Origin: Octopus vulgaris
Lineage: Eukaryota
Assembly (NCBI GenBank): GCA_951406725.2
Contig: OX597825.1
Location: 72,912,001 to 72,976,000, forward strand
DNA: 64,000 bases
Reading direction: 5' to 3'
The stretch's first letter is position 1; every line of letters starts with the position of its first letter. Both the position numbers and the translations under genes were made by a program. Shown in pieces: positions 15,473-25,792 of this stretch. The notes below the pieces were generated by a model. It made no database searches. It worked only from the letters and a program-made list of their open reading frames with translations, and was not told the DNA's origin.

Positions 15473-16926
15473 ATATACATACGTGTGTGTGTTGCGTGCA
15501 TGTGTGTGCATGTATGTGTGTGTGTGTGTGTGCGTAAACAAAATGAAACATATGAAAAAGGTCTGTTGCATACCAACAAGGCCTGTTGCAAGCCATATTG
15601 CCATCTACGACTATATGCTAAATGCTTTAGTCACTATCTGCTGGCATGTCCCAACATTTCATGCCATGGAAAAAATTAAAATGTGAATTAAAAGCAGCTC
15701 AAAAGACATTAACAAAATCCAACACACTCACACACAAGGTATGTGTGTTGTTAGTTCGTGGGTCAGCTGTAGTTTTTAGGTGTAAGAGAATATATTCCCT
15801 ATGCACCTGGTGTGGAAAAAAAACACCCGAAAATAAGTCAAAGTCAAGTGAAACAACTCACATCAGGTCCTTTCTCAGAGCAATTGACATTGAAGTTTCA
15901 TCATTGCTTTGACTTTTCAATGCCACATACCAAACAAGGCCTGGTCACACTGAAAAAGGACATGACAAAGTCCATGACAAAATTGCACACTTCAGGTTAC
16001 ACGTGATCGCAAAATCACAAATTTCACAACTTACAAAGTAAACACAATAGTATCTCTCAACACACTGTGTACTGCCATCTGTTGGTATGCTGCAGGAACG
16101 TTTTGATACCACCTTGTATTACATGTTCAAGGCAAAATGCTGATTGTTATTAGTTCAAATTTAAGGGACAAAAATTAAGAGCACAATCCTCAGATTGCAT
16201 ATCCATCCCCTTATAACAGCAATATAAACAACAGTCATGGCTTCCCAGAATTCTCTGTACATCTAAATAAGCAGTAATTGCCACAGATTTTCAAAAAGAA
16301 TAGATAATTTCAAAACAATTAAATATTAATTTCTCAAATTGATTAATCTATATGTTTAAGGTAAAACAAAAAAGATCAGTCATTTCATTGTTTGTGGGCA
16401 AGGAATAATTATAGGCAGATTGTTTCAGTTTGTTTTAGCTCATCAGTGTAGTTCTGTCTAACCTGATCTTCAGGTTTGTAAATAGATTCTTAGGCTTATT
16501 TTTCATCAGAATAATTTACATAATAAATACAAAGAGATTATTCAAAGGGGGTCAATGACTGAATTTGGATTATTAAGTTAAAGGGCATGTAGTGAAAGCT
16601 ATGAGCAATGAATTCTTCATTTACAGAAATTTCACTTTTGGGTGGAGAAAGATAACAAAAGCGCAGTAGTAGCCATTAAGACTTCCATAAAACATGATAT
16701 GCCGTGTTTTATTCAAAACATATTTATGTCTTTATTCTGGACATGAAGGTAAAATTATTCAGGCCATGTTCGTTTCTTTTGTAAAATTTGAATTCAACGG
16801 AAAAAAAACAAAAAAACAAAACTGTTTTTTATTTCCTTTCATTCTCTCTCTCTCCTTCTCTCTCTCTCTCACTCTCACTCTTCTTCCACTTTTTAAGAGT
16901 TGCAAGAAGTGAAAACAGACATAGAG

Positions 16927-16962
<36 letters not shown>

Positions 16963-17228
16963 AAAGACCAATAGAGAATATAATCATTTAAATGTTAATT
17001 AAAGATGGTCATATATTATGTTGCTTTGGGATTTTTTATTGCTGTTGTAGTGGCAGTAGTGGTTGTTGTTTTAGTATTATCAGATGGCGGTGGTGGTAGC
17101 AGTGGTAGCGTTGATGGTGGGGGTGGAGGTAATGGTGGGTGACTGTATTGTTATTGCTTCTATTTAAAATACTTTTAGAAAAGTTTAGCTTTTAATTACA
17201 TTACACACACAAGCAGAATATAAATTAT

Positions 17229-17628
17229 GGAGTGGCTGTGTGGTAAGTAGCTTGCTAACCAACCACATGGTTCCGGGTTCAGTCCCACTGCGTGGCATCT
17301 TGGGCAAGTGTCTTCTGCTATAGTCACGGGCCGACCAATGCCTTGTGAGTGGATTTGGTAGACGGAAACTGAAAGAAGCTTGTCGTATATATGTATATAT
17401 ATATATATGTATGTGTGTATGTGTTTGTGTTTGTCCCGCTAGCATTGCTTGATAACCAATGCTGGTGTGTTTACGTCCCCGTCACTTAGCGGTTCGGCAA
17501 AAGAGACCGATAGGATAAGTACTGGGCTTACAAAGAATAAGTCCCGGGGTCGATTTGCTCGACTAAAGGCGGTGCTCCAGCATGGCCGCAGTCAAATGAC
17601 CGAAACAAGTAAAAGAGTAAAGAGAGTA
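17229..17628 (+). mobile_element. SINE family A
   Basis: Homology to 8528-8950. Confidence 0.9.
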
Positions 17629-17657
17629 ATATATATTGTCAATATATATATATATAT

Positions 17658-17860
17658 TGTTGATCCAAACATGAACAAAGAGAAAACACAACAACGCGAG
17701 GATGTGGAACAAGTATAGTGTTATTGGACGCTCGGGAAAGGAAAGAAAGAAGGATTTAACGTTTCGAACTCAGCTCTTTGTCAGAAACATAGGAAAAGGA
17801 AAGGTCCAAGGAAGGGAAGACGGAGACAGAAAATCACCAATGATACACACACGGTCACAT
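17658..17860 (-). mobile_element. Same ~200-bp family, decayed HHR 17754-17788
   Basis: Homologous to 43045-43250; (TA)n on both sides. Confidence 0.75.
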
Positions 17861-17861
17861 A

Positions 17862-17897
<36 letters not shown>

Positions 17898-18131
17898 CGT
17901 TGTGTGGTAAGTAGCTTGTTTACCAACCACATGGTTCTGGGTTCAGTCCCACTGTGTGGCACCTTGGGCGAGTATCTTCTACTGTACCCTCGGGCCGACC
18001 AAAGCCTTGTGAGTGGATTTGGTAGATGGAAACTGAAAGAAGCCCGTCATATATATGTGTATGTATATATATATATATGTATGAAAAAACAAGTCAAAAA
18101 TAGAAAATGCTAAAATAATTTTATAGTGAAC

Positions 18132-18177
18132 ATTTCAGTACCGGTTTCGGTCATTTTGAGACCTTTTCAACTGTAAC
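18132..18177 (-). ncRNA. Minimal type I hammerhead ribozyme, U3-A8 variant (3' terminal repeat of PLE)
   Basis: gttacag TTGAAAA ggtc-tcaaaat-gacc GAAA ccgg TA ctgaaat: stem I, core, stem II, palindromic stem III, GUA site. Confidence 0.75.
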
Positions 18178-18859
18178 GATTAAATAATTAAATTTAGAAA
18201 AATTAGAAGAAAAGTTTTTTTAAAAGAATATTTCTATAGTAGTGTTCAGATTTAAGTGGCATTCTGCCTTTCTCTGACTCCCTTGTTTGCACTTGTGTGT
18301 TCGAGGTAGTTGTGAGTTCTTGGTAGGGTAGTAGAGGAAGAAGGCTGGTGAGGAAAGGGGGTGGGAGAATCTGGGAGTGCCCTGATGGTCGTATTTTGAA
18401 TGGTCAGTGGCGGCTGGCAGTCTCAGTTCAATTCAGGAGAATATTTATATTGACAGGCTTGTTTATAGAATTAGCGTAGGTGTTATACTAAAAAACATTA
18501 GTGACAAAGTTAGGGGTAGGGGGTGAAGAAGAAGAAGAAGAAGAAGAAGAAGAAGAAGAAGAAGAAGAAGAAGAAGAAGAAGAAGGAGAAGATGACGATG
18601 ATGGTGATGGTGGTGATGATTATGACGACGATGATGATGATAATGATGATGATGAAGAAGAAGAAGAAGAAGAAGAAGAAGGAGGAGGAGAAGGAGAAGA
18701 TGGTGGTGATGATGGTGGTGATGATGATGACGACGATGATGATGATAATAATGATGATGATAAAGAAGAAGAGGAAGAAGAAGAAGAAGAAAAAAACAGA
18801 GAAGGGAGAAAATGAATGGGTGTAAGTATAGCTATGAAGGGGCTGATTAGTAATGGATT

Positions 18860-21250
18860 CTATGGAGTGTAGTATTTGTGTGTGTATATATATTTTTCTT
18901 TTATTCTAAAGTTGAGGTATATTAGTGGCTTGTATTTTGTAATAAAGAGATTTTCTTTACTTATTCGTTGTCTCGAGGTTGTATCGTCCCTAAATTGGTA
19001 GAGGGGGAAAATTCTGAAGTTTGGTGTTTTTTTGTTGGCGCAAGTATCTATGTGTTGGCTAAAAGCTATTTTTCTGTTTTGGGGAATTTTTATCTGGGAT
19101 CTGCGCAGGGCCATTCGTTTACGCAAACCATTTTTTGTTTGGCCTATGTACTGCTCTTGACACCCGGAGCAGGTTAGTGAGTATATTAGGTTCTCCGAAG
19201 CACATGTGAAGTTACTTTTCACTGTAAACCGTTGTCCCTGTTTGAAGGAGAACTCAGAACCCTCGATTAGATAGTCGCATATCCCGCAATTGGGTCTTCC
19301 ACATTTTTTTACTGTCGGTTTCTGTGTTGAAGAGTGAATTCGGGCTTGTGTAAGGAGACTTTTCATGGATCTAGGCTGTCTTTTGCTTTTTATGATCGTG
19401 TGTGTTTGGAGGATTGTGTTAATTCTGTGGTCTTTTTTTAGGAGGGGTATGTTGTGGAGGATGGTGTCGAAGGCTTCGTTATTGAGAGGGTTGTGTGTGG
19501 AGATGTATGGTAAGGCTTTTGGTTGTAAGTTTTTCTTTGATTTGGGATGTCTCAGTTCCTTGATGTTAAGTTGAAGGGCACGTTGAATGCACTTGTCAAT
19601 AAGTGAAGGTGGATAGTTCCTGGTGATTAGGGTATCTTTTAGTTCTTGTAGTCGTGTGTCTCTGGTGTTTGCGTTAGAGACTATAGTGCATATCCTTTTT
19701 GCTAGATTGAAGGGGATATTCATCCTGGTGTGTCTGGGGTGGCATGAATTGAATGGAAGATATTGCTTAGAGTCTGTAGGCTTATAGTATATGTCTGTTT
19801 CTATTATATTATTAGCTTTCTTAATGAGGATATCGAGGAAGGGGAGTTGTTGTTGGCTATATTCCATCGTGAATTGGATGTTTACATCCAGTCCGTTTAA
19901 AATTTTCTGGAATTCTATGAGTTTTTCTATATTTTTATGCCAAAGGATGAAACAGTCATCTAGATATCTCTTCCAGTTGTTTTCTATGTAGATGGAGAAA
20001 GGGCTGCCATATCTTTCTAGAACCTTACGATACAGACTGATCTCTAGGTATCCTATGACTAGGTTGGCAAAGGAGGGGGCCATTCGTGTACCCATCGCAG
20101 TCCCCAATTTTTGTCGGTAGAAGTTGTCATTGAAGGCGAAGAAGTTATTTTCCAGGATGAATTTAACCCCTTCTATCACAAATTCTTTTTTGATGCGGTG
20201 TGGTAGTTCGTTGGCGTGATTCTCTAGCCAGAATTGGATTGCCTCTAGTCCTAGGTTGTGGGGGATATTGGAGTAGAGGTTGACTACATCGAAGGATACC
20301 AGTATGGTGTTTTTGTTTATAGTATTTGGTAGGTGATTGAGCATATCTAAGTCGTCCCTTATATAGCTTTTGACATGTTTGAGGAGTGGTTTTAACAGGG
20401 TGTCTAAAAAGTTACTGAGGCGGTGGGTTTCGCATGCGGGACCTGCTATTATGGGTCTCAATTTGAGGTCATTAGGATTAGGGACTTTAATTATTTTGTC
20501 TGTAGCTATCTTGCATGCGTTGCTTATTTTTTCACTTTTGTGGATCTTAGGTATACCGTAGAATTGGCTAGTTTTACTTGTGAAATTGGTCATATAATCA
20601 TATTCTTTGTCGGTGAGCCCTGCTTTGTATGGGTTTAATATGGATTTTAGTTCCCTCATTATTTTTTGTTGACTGTAGTTTTGTGCCTTTTCATAGTATG
20701 TTGTGTCTTCCAGCATAGAAAGTACCAAAGTTATGTAAAATGTCGTATCCATTAAGACAACAGCACTCCCTTTATCGGCCTCTTTGATTGTTATTGTTTT
20801 ATCTAGTTTTAATTTGTTCAACTCAGCCCATTCTTTTTTGCTGAAGTTTGGTTTGTGTTTTTGTTTGTGCATATGTTGATATGGGTAATTTGATATGTGG
20901 TCACAGAAATCATCAAGTGTTTTATTCTTACCTTTCGAGGAGGTGTAGTTACTCCTATTTCTGGCTAACGATTCGTCCTCGTTGTATTTATCGTATAGCT
21001 CCTCAGTAAGTCTTAATTTTCTGCAGAATTCTGCGATGTCTTCTTTCATTTCATTGTAGTTGGGGTGTTGTGGGCTGGGTGTAAACTTGAGTCCTTTGGA
21101 AAGTATGTTTATTTGGTTTGCTGTTAGTTCCTTGTGAGTTAGATTGATAATTTTTATTACTTTTGGTTCCTCCTGCTTGTTTGGTGCTATCTTGTGTCTC
21201 TGTGTTTGCGTATTGGGTCTAAAAAATGAATGCGGTGGTTGGGACGGTAG
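18860..21250 (-). CDS. PLE reverse transcriptase + GIY-YIG endonuclease (frame open from 21250; first ATG at 21049)
   Basis: Motifs INLTHKELTANQINILSKGLKFTP (upstream of first Met), ADKG, FYGIPKIHK, LRPII, FDVVNLYSNIP, GTAMGTRMAPSFANL, RYLDD, FLDI, YYKPT, SCHP, Cys linker CGRPNCGIC, LIYSLTCSGCQEQYIGQT. No internal stops. Confidence 0.95.
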   Translation of the reverse strand, partial: LPSQPPHSFFRPNTQTQRHKIAPNKQEEPKVIKIINLTHKELTANQINILSKGLKFTPSPQHPNYNEMKEDIAEFCRKLRLTEELYDKYNEDESLARNRSNYTSSKGKNKTLDDFCDHISNYPYQHMHKQKHKPNFSKKEWAELNKLKLDKTITIKEADKGSAVVLMDTTFYITLVLSMLEDTTYYEKAQNYSQQKIMRELKSILNPYKAGLTDKEYDYMTNFTSKTSQFYGIPKIHKSEKISNACKIATDKIIKVPNPNDLKLRPIIAGPACETHRLSNFLDTLLKPLLKHVKSYIRDDLDMLNHLPNTINKNTILVSFDVVNLYSNIPHNLGLEAIQFWLENHANELPHRIKKEFVIEGVKFILENNFFAFNDNFYRQKLGTAMGTRMAPSFANLVIGYLEISLYRKVLERYGSPFSIYIENNWKRYLDDCFILWHKNIEKLIEFQKILNGLDVNIQFTMEYSQQQLPFLDILIKKANNIIETDIYYKPTDSKQYLPFNSCHPRHTRMNIPFNLAKRICTIVSNANTRDTRLQELKDTLITRNYPPSLIDKCIQRALQLNIKELRHPKSKKNLQPKALPYISTHNPLNNEAFDTILHNIPLLKKDHRINTILQTHTIIKSKRQPRSMKSLLTQARIHSSTQKPTVKKCGRPNCGICDYLIEGSEFSFKQGQRFTVKSNFTCASENLIYSLTCSGCQEQYIGQTKNGLRKRMALRRSQIKIPQNRKIAFSQHIDTCANKKTPNFRIFPLYQFRDDTTSRQRISKENLFITKYKPLIYLNFRIKEKYIYTHKYYTP

Positions 21251-22422
21251 CTAGTATATAGTTGTTCTTTGTTGATTAGGGGTCTCCTGTTGTGATTTAT
21301 GGTGTGTGTTCTTGGAGCAGTATTGAGGAGAGCATCCCGATATCCCATATTTGGGTGTGGTGTTCTAGGAGGCCTTCGTTGGTAATCATTGCAAGTGGTG
21401 TGGGTTTGTTGTGCATGGTTGTTTAACTGGTTAATGGGACGAAGATTTTGTTGGTAACTCCTTTGGGTGGGGATGAGGTTGCAGTGTCTATGCTGTGGGT
21501 GTTGATTTATCCTTTCTCTGCTTGAAGTGGGGGTATTCCTGATATTGTATCGCTGGCTGCTTACAGAGTTAGGGTTAGGTCCTGTATTCTTTTTTTGATA
21601 GTAGTGAAGGTTCCGATTTTTAGACAGGTGTGTATCGGTGTTTGGGTGTTGTTTTGGTTTTCTTATTTTCTGGAAAGGGTTGTTGGAGGCGTGCTCTGTT
21701 TGAAAGACGGCTTCATAGTCTGAGAACCAAGTGGCGCTTTTCTCCCAGCGTTGGAGAGATTTTAGTTCTTCTTTTTCACAGTCCTCTTTCCATAGTTTGG
21801 AGAACTTCTCTTGATCTGGGCCTTGGGTCATTTTGCGAATTTCTTCGTTGATATCTTCATCGGTGGATTTTATTTTATCCTCATTCGTTTGGGCCCTCAA
21901 TTTCAGAAGTTCTATTTCCATTTTCATTTTTTCCAGTGCCATTCTCTCCCTGAGGTGTCTTTGTGTTTCAGGTTCTTCTGTAATAGCTTTGAACTGGAAT
22001 TTATGTGGGAGGATTAACGGGGTCCGGTTGAGCCATTTTTCGTATATATCCGCTTTGTTGTTGTTTTGGATCATCTTCCAAAAGGCGAACTTTCTATCTC
22101 TGAGTGATTTGTTCCATTGTGGTATTATGTGGTGTTTCATTTGGTATGTTGTTAGAGTATTGATCCCATATATTGACGCGTTTGGAGGTCCTTGGTTAGC
22201 GTTGTTAGAGAAAAATGTTCTAATTGTCTCGCATAAGTTTCCAAGGTTTTCAACAATTTCGGAGGTTGTATTTTTCGTATCTGTTTCTTCATTGTTCTCT
22301 CGATTGGGTTGAAGTGTCGAGTCGAATTTGTTCAAAAAAGTTGACAAATTTGTGTTGATTTTCTTGAGTTCTTTCAGTATTTCTTCGTTTATGGAGGTGA
22401 TTGTGTCTGTTTTTGTCGGCAT
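21187..22422 (-). CDS. PLE ORF1, 411 aa from first ATG; helical/coiled-coil N-terminal two thirds, basic Q/N/R/P/H-rich C-terminus; function unknown
   Basis: Long non-microsatellite ORF inside the element's terminal repeats, same strand as RT. ATG at 22422 (the track start at 22500 is TTG). Overlaps the RT frame by 64 nt. Confidence 0.8.
   Translation of the reverse strand: MPTKTDTITSINEEILKELKKINTNLSTFLNKFDSTLQPNRENNEETDTKNTTSEIVENLGNLCETIRTFFSNNANQGPPNASIYGINTLTTYQMKHHIIPQWNKSLRDRKFAFWKMIQNNNKADIYEKWLNRTPLILPHKFQFKAITEEPETQRHLRERMALEKMKMEIELLKLRAQTNEDKIKSTDEDINEEIRKMTQGPDQEKFSKLWKEDCEKEELKSLQRWEKSATWFSDYEAVFQTEHASNNPFQKIRKPKQHPNTDTHLSKNRNLHYYQKKNTGPNPNSVSSQRYNIRNTPTSSRERINQHPQHRHCNLIPTQRSYQQNLRPINQLNNHAQQTHTTCNDYQRRPPRTPHPNMGYRDALLNTAPRTHTINHNRRPLINKEQLYTSYRPNHRIHFLDPIRKHRDTR
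21220..21226 (-). promoter_or_regulatory. Candidate -1 ribosomal frameshift slippery site U UUU UUA
   Basis: ORF1 codons CAT TTT TTA GAC; the RT frame is -1 relative to ORF1 and is open here with no ATG for a further 171 nt. Confidence 0.65.
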
Positions 22423-22539
22423 TTTCTGTATCTCGTGTGGGTTAATGATATTGTATAAGGGTGAAAAGGAACACACGAGTTGATATATATGAAAAAACAA
22501 GTCAAAAATAGAAAATGCTAAAATAATTTTATAGTGAAC

Positions 22540-22585
22540 ATTTCAGTACCGGTTTCGGTCATTTTGAGACCTTTTCAACTGTAAC
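22540..22585 (-). ncRNA. Minimal type I hammerhead ribozyme, U3-A8 variant (5' terminal repeat of PLE)
   Basis: Identical to 18132-18177, offset 4408 nt. Confidence 0.75.
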
Positions 22586-22666
22586 GATTAAATAATTAAA
22601 TTTAGAAAAATTAGAAGAAAAGTTTTTTTTAAATATGTATATATATATATATGTATATATATATAT

Positions 22667-22908
22667 TGATTAAAGAGGTAAGATAACAAAAGAAAGAAAG
22701 AGACCTCGATATTATGTAAATAGAGGAAATTATCTGTAAATGTAATATGTGACTATTATTCGGTAGCCAAGGTGGAAATTCACGCCGCCATTTCTTCAGT
22801 TATCAAAAGCTCGGATAACTGAAGAGATGGCGGTGTGAATTTCCACCTCGGCATCAGAAACTCAGAGTTTTATCTTGGCTACCGAATAATTGTCACATAT
22901 TACATTTA

Positions 22909-22912
<4 letters not shown>
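22667..22912. mobile_element. Nested-hairpin element with HHR-like motif (22814-22874, +) between (TA)n tracts
   Basis: Arms 22737-22771/22874-22908 and 22771-22804/22814-22848. Motif gataa CTGAAGA gatg...catc a GAAA ctcagag TT ttatc. Confidence 0.7.
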
Positions 22913-22939
<27 letters not shown>

Positions 22940-23404
22940 GTATTTATGTGTTTGTATGTCTGTGTTTTTACCCCCACCATCGCTTGACAACCGATGCTGG
23001 TGTGTTTACGTCCCCGTCACTTAGCGGTTCGGCAAAAGAGACCGATAGATTAAGTACTAGGATTACAAAGAATGAGTCCTGGGGGTCGATTTGTTCGACT
23101 AAAGGCAGTGCTCCAGCATGGCCACAGTCAAATGACTGAAACAAGTAAAAGAATAAAAAAGTAAAAGAATATATCATCATCATCATCATCATCATCATCA
23201 TTTAACGGCTGTTTCCCATGCTAGCTTGGGTTGGATAGCTCGACATACACATACATACACACACACACACATACATACACACACACACATACATACACAC
23301 ACACACACATACATACATATATATATATATGACAGTTCAACATACACATACATACACGCACACGCACACATATATATACATATACATAATATATATACAT
23401 AATA

Positions 23405-23635
23405 GGCGGCGAGCTGGCAGAAACGTTGGCACGCCGGGCGAATTGCGTAGCCGTATTTCGTCTGCCGTTACGTTCTGAGTTCAAATTCTGCCGATGTCGA
23501 CTTTGCCTTTCATCCTTTCGGGGTCGATAAATTAAGTACCAGTTACGCACTGGGGTCGATATAATCGACTTAATCCGTTTGTCTGTCCTTGTTTGTCCCC
23601 TCTGTGTTTAGCCCCTTGTGGGTAGTAAAGAAATA
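23405..23635 (+). mobile_element. SINE family C (central gcctttcatcctttcggggtcgataaa domain, MetaSINE-like); other copies 4925-5130, 24611-24815, 36970-37130
   Basis: tRNA-like head ggcggcgagctggcagaa...gagttcaaattc; repeated in the window. Confidence 0.82.
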
Positions 23636-23979
23636 CATATATATACATATACATGCACACACATATACACACACACACATTTGAATAAAGGCGGTGCTCC
23701 AGCATAGCTGCAATCAAACAATTGAAACAAACAAAAGAGTATGATTAGTTTAGGCCGACGCTCGTTAATTTTTACTGTGCTACTTTCGTGGGGTAATTAA
23801 GTTATTGTCATGTATGATCTTACCGAAACCAATTAGAATCAATACAAGTGGATGAATGGAGCTTTATTTATCGATCTCAAAATGATGGAAGGCAAAAGTT
23901 GAACTTGGAAGCGTACGAACTCAGCGGAAAATAAGAGCCAGAATGAGAAGAGCAAAGCAATCTGTCTGATGCTCTAACG

Positions 23980-24534
23980 CAGTGGTTTTCAACCAGGGTT
24001 CCTCGGAACCTTAGGGTTCCGCCAGTACAGTCCAGGGTTCCACTAGAAGTTACAAAAATGCTAAAATCGACAGTAATTTCTAATTCTCCTGTGCAGTTAT
24101 GTGTGCATAAGACAATTAAATTATTGCACAGGTGTTCCTCGAGCCAGTGGAATGTTTCCTTGGGGTTCCGCAGAACCTTAGGGTTCCACCAGTACAGTCC
24201 AGGGGTTCCACAAGAAGTTACAAAAATGCTAAAATCGACAGTAATTTCTATTTCTCCTGTGCAGTTATGTGTGCATAAGACAATTAAATTATTGCACAGG
24301 GGTTCCTCGAGCCAGTGGAATGTTTCCTTGGGGTTCTGCGAAACCTTAGGGTTCCGCCAGTACAGTCCAGGGGTTCCGCAAGAGGTTACAAAAATGCTAA
24401 AATCGACAGTAATTTCTAATTCTCCTGTGCAGTTATGTGTGCATAAGACAATTAAATTATTGCACAGGGGGTTCCTCGAGCCAGTGGAATGTTTCCTTGG
24501 GGTTCAGCTTCAGCAAAAATTTTGAAAAGCACTG
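23980..24534. mobile_element. hAT (Charlie-like) MITE with three internal ~168-bp tandem repeats
   Basis: TIR cagtggttttcaa/ttgaaaagcactg; perfect 8-bp TSD ctctaacg; units at 24007, 24174 and 24342. Confidence 0.88.
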
Positions 24535-25231
24535 CTCTAACGTTTCAGCCAAGACACCACTTTGTACAGTTAAGCGTGCATGTGTGTACTCATATATATT
24601 AGAATATGTAAGGCGGCGAGCTGGGCAGAATCGTTAGCACATCTGCCGTTACGTTCTGAGTTCAAATTCCGCCGAGGTCGACTTTGCCTTTCATCCTTTC
24701 GGGATTGATAAATTAAGCACCAGTTACACACTGGGGTCGATATAATCGACCTAATCCGTGTCTGTCCTTGTTTGTCCCCTCTGTGTTTAGCCCCTTGTGG
24801 GTAATAAAGAAACATATATTAGAGTGAGTGAGTGAGTATGCATGTATGTATGTATGTATGTGTGTATGTATGCATGTATGCATGTATGTATGCATGTATG
24901 TATGTATGCATGCATGTATGTATGTATGTATGTATGTATGCATGTATGCATGTATGTATGCATGTATGCATGTATGTATGCATGTATGTATGTATGTATG
25001 CATGTATGTATGTATGTACGTATGCATGCATTTATGTACGTATGCATGTATGTATGTATGTATGCATGCATTTATGTATGTATGTATCTTTGTATGTATG
25101 TATTAGTGTATGTAATACGTATTTTCTGGATAGGTGAACCTGTATAAGGCTTGTGAGTGCGCGCATATATGCAATTCTTCTTTGAAATATGCAATGTTCA
25201 TGTTTTCAAGCTATGTTGTGTGTGTGTGTGC

Positions 25232-25290
<59 letters not shown>

Positions 25291-25792
25291 TGTGTGTATG
25301 TGTGTGTGTGTATGTGAGTATGTGTGTGTGTGTAGATCGCACCACTTTGAAGTATGCATATGCGTGAATGTGCATATGTGTGCATGCATGTGGCTGTGTG
25401 TTTATGCCTGAATCTGTGTCTGTGTGTAAGTGTACGAAAGCATATGAGTGGGTGAATATATGTGTGTGTGCGTGAATGCGTATGAATATGCGTGCGTGTG
25501 CAGGAATATATGTGTGTGTGTGTGTGTGTGAATGTAGGCATGTATTGATAAATGTGAATTCAAATCGATAATATTGATCTCTATTCACATATGCTACATA
25601 TTTTATTGATGTCGGCGAGATGAATGATAAAGAAATTACAAAGTACTTTTCAGACGTCGATAAGATAACTTGAACCGAGAACGCTGAGGTAATGAACTAG
25701 AATACTACATTTATTCCTTCGTCCCACAGTTTTAGCTACTTTATCAATACAACCACCACCACCACAATTACAACAACGAGGTTGCGCCAACC

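Larger units (their letters stand above)
18081..22633 (-). mobile_element. Penelope-like retroelement (EN+ PLE, Neptune/Nematis-like), apparently intact, bounded by ~145-bp direct repeats and inserted in the (TA)n tract of a SINE
   Basis: RT+GIY-YIG ORF, upstream ORF1, near-identical direct repeats 18081-18224 and 22489-22633 each with a hammerhead motif. SINE head at 17897-18050 and SINE body resuming at ~22940. Confidence 0.95.
17897..23170 (+). mobile_element. SINE family A split by the PLE and the hairpin element (head 17897-18050, body 22940-23170)
   Basis: The two halves join at the internal (TA)n. Confidence 0.85.

Noticed and set aside
18501-18825. Poly-Glu/Asp and poly-Lys ORFs
   Set aside because: (GAA)n/(GAT)n microsatellite on the antisense strand of the PLE 3' UTR.
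18860-21049. Telomerase, retron or group II intron RT, or a selenoprotein Naiad-type PLE
   Set aside because: C-terminal GIY-YIG, PLE-specific motifs and terminal repeats identify a PLE; the endonuclease is not N-terminal and there are no in-frame UGA codons.
24007-24505. CRISPR-like array (also the 69-bp and 533-bp repeats)
   Set aside because: Units are contiguous with no unique spacers, there are no cas genes, and the context is eukaryotic.
24058-24525. 155-aa ORF with three repeats
   Set aside because: Arises from the 168-bp (multiple of 3) repeats inside a MITE.
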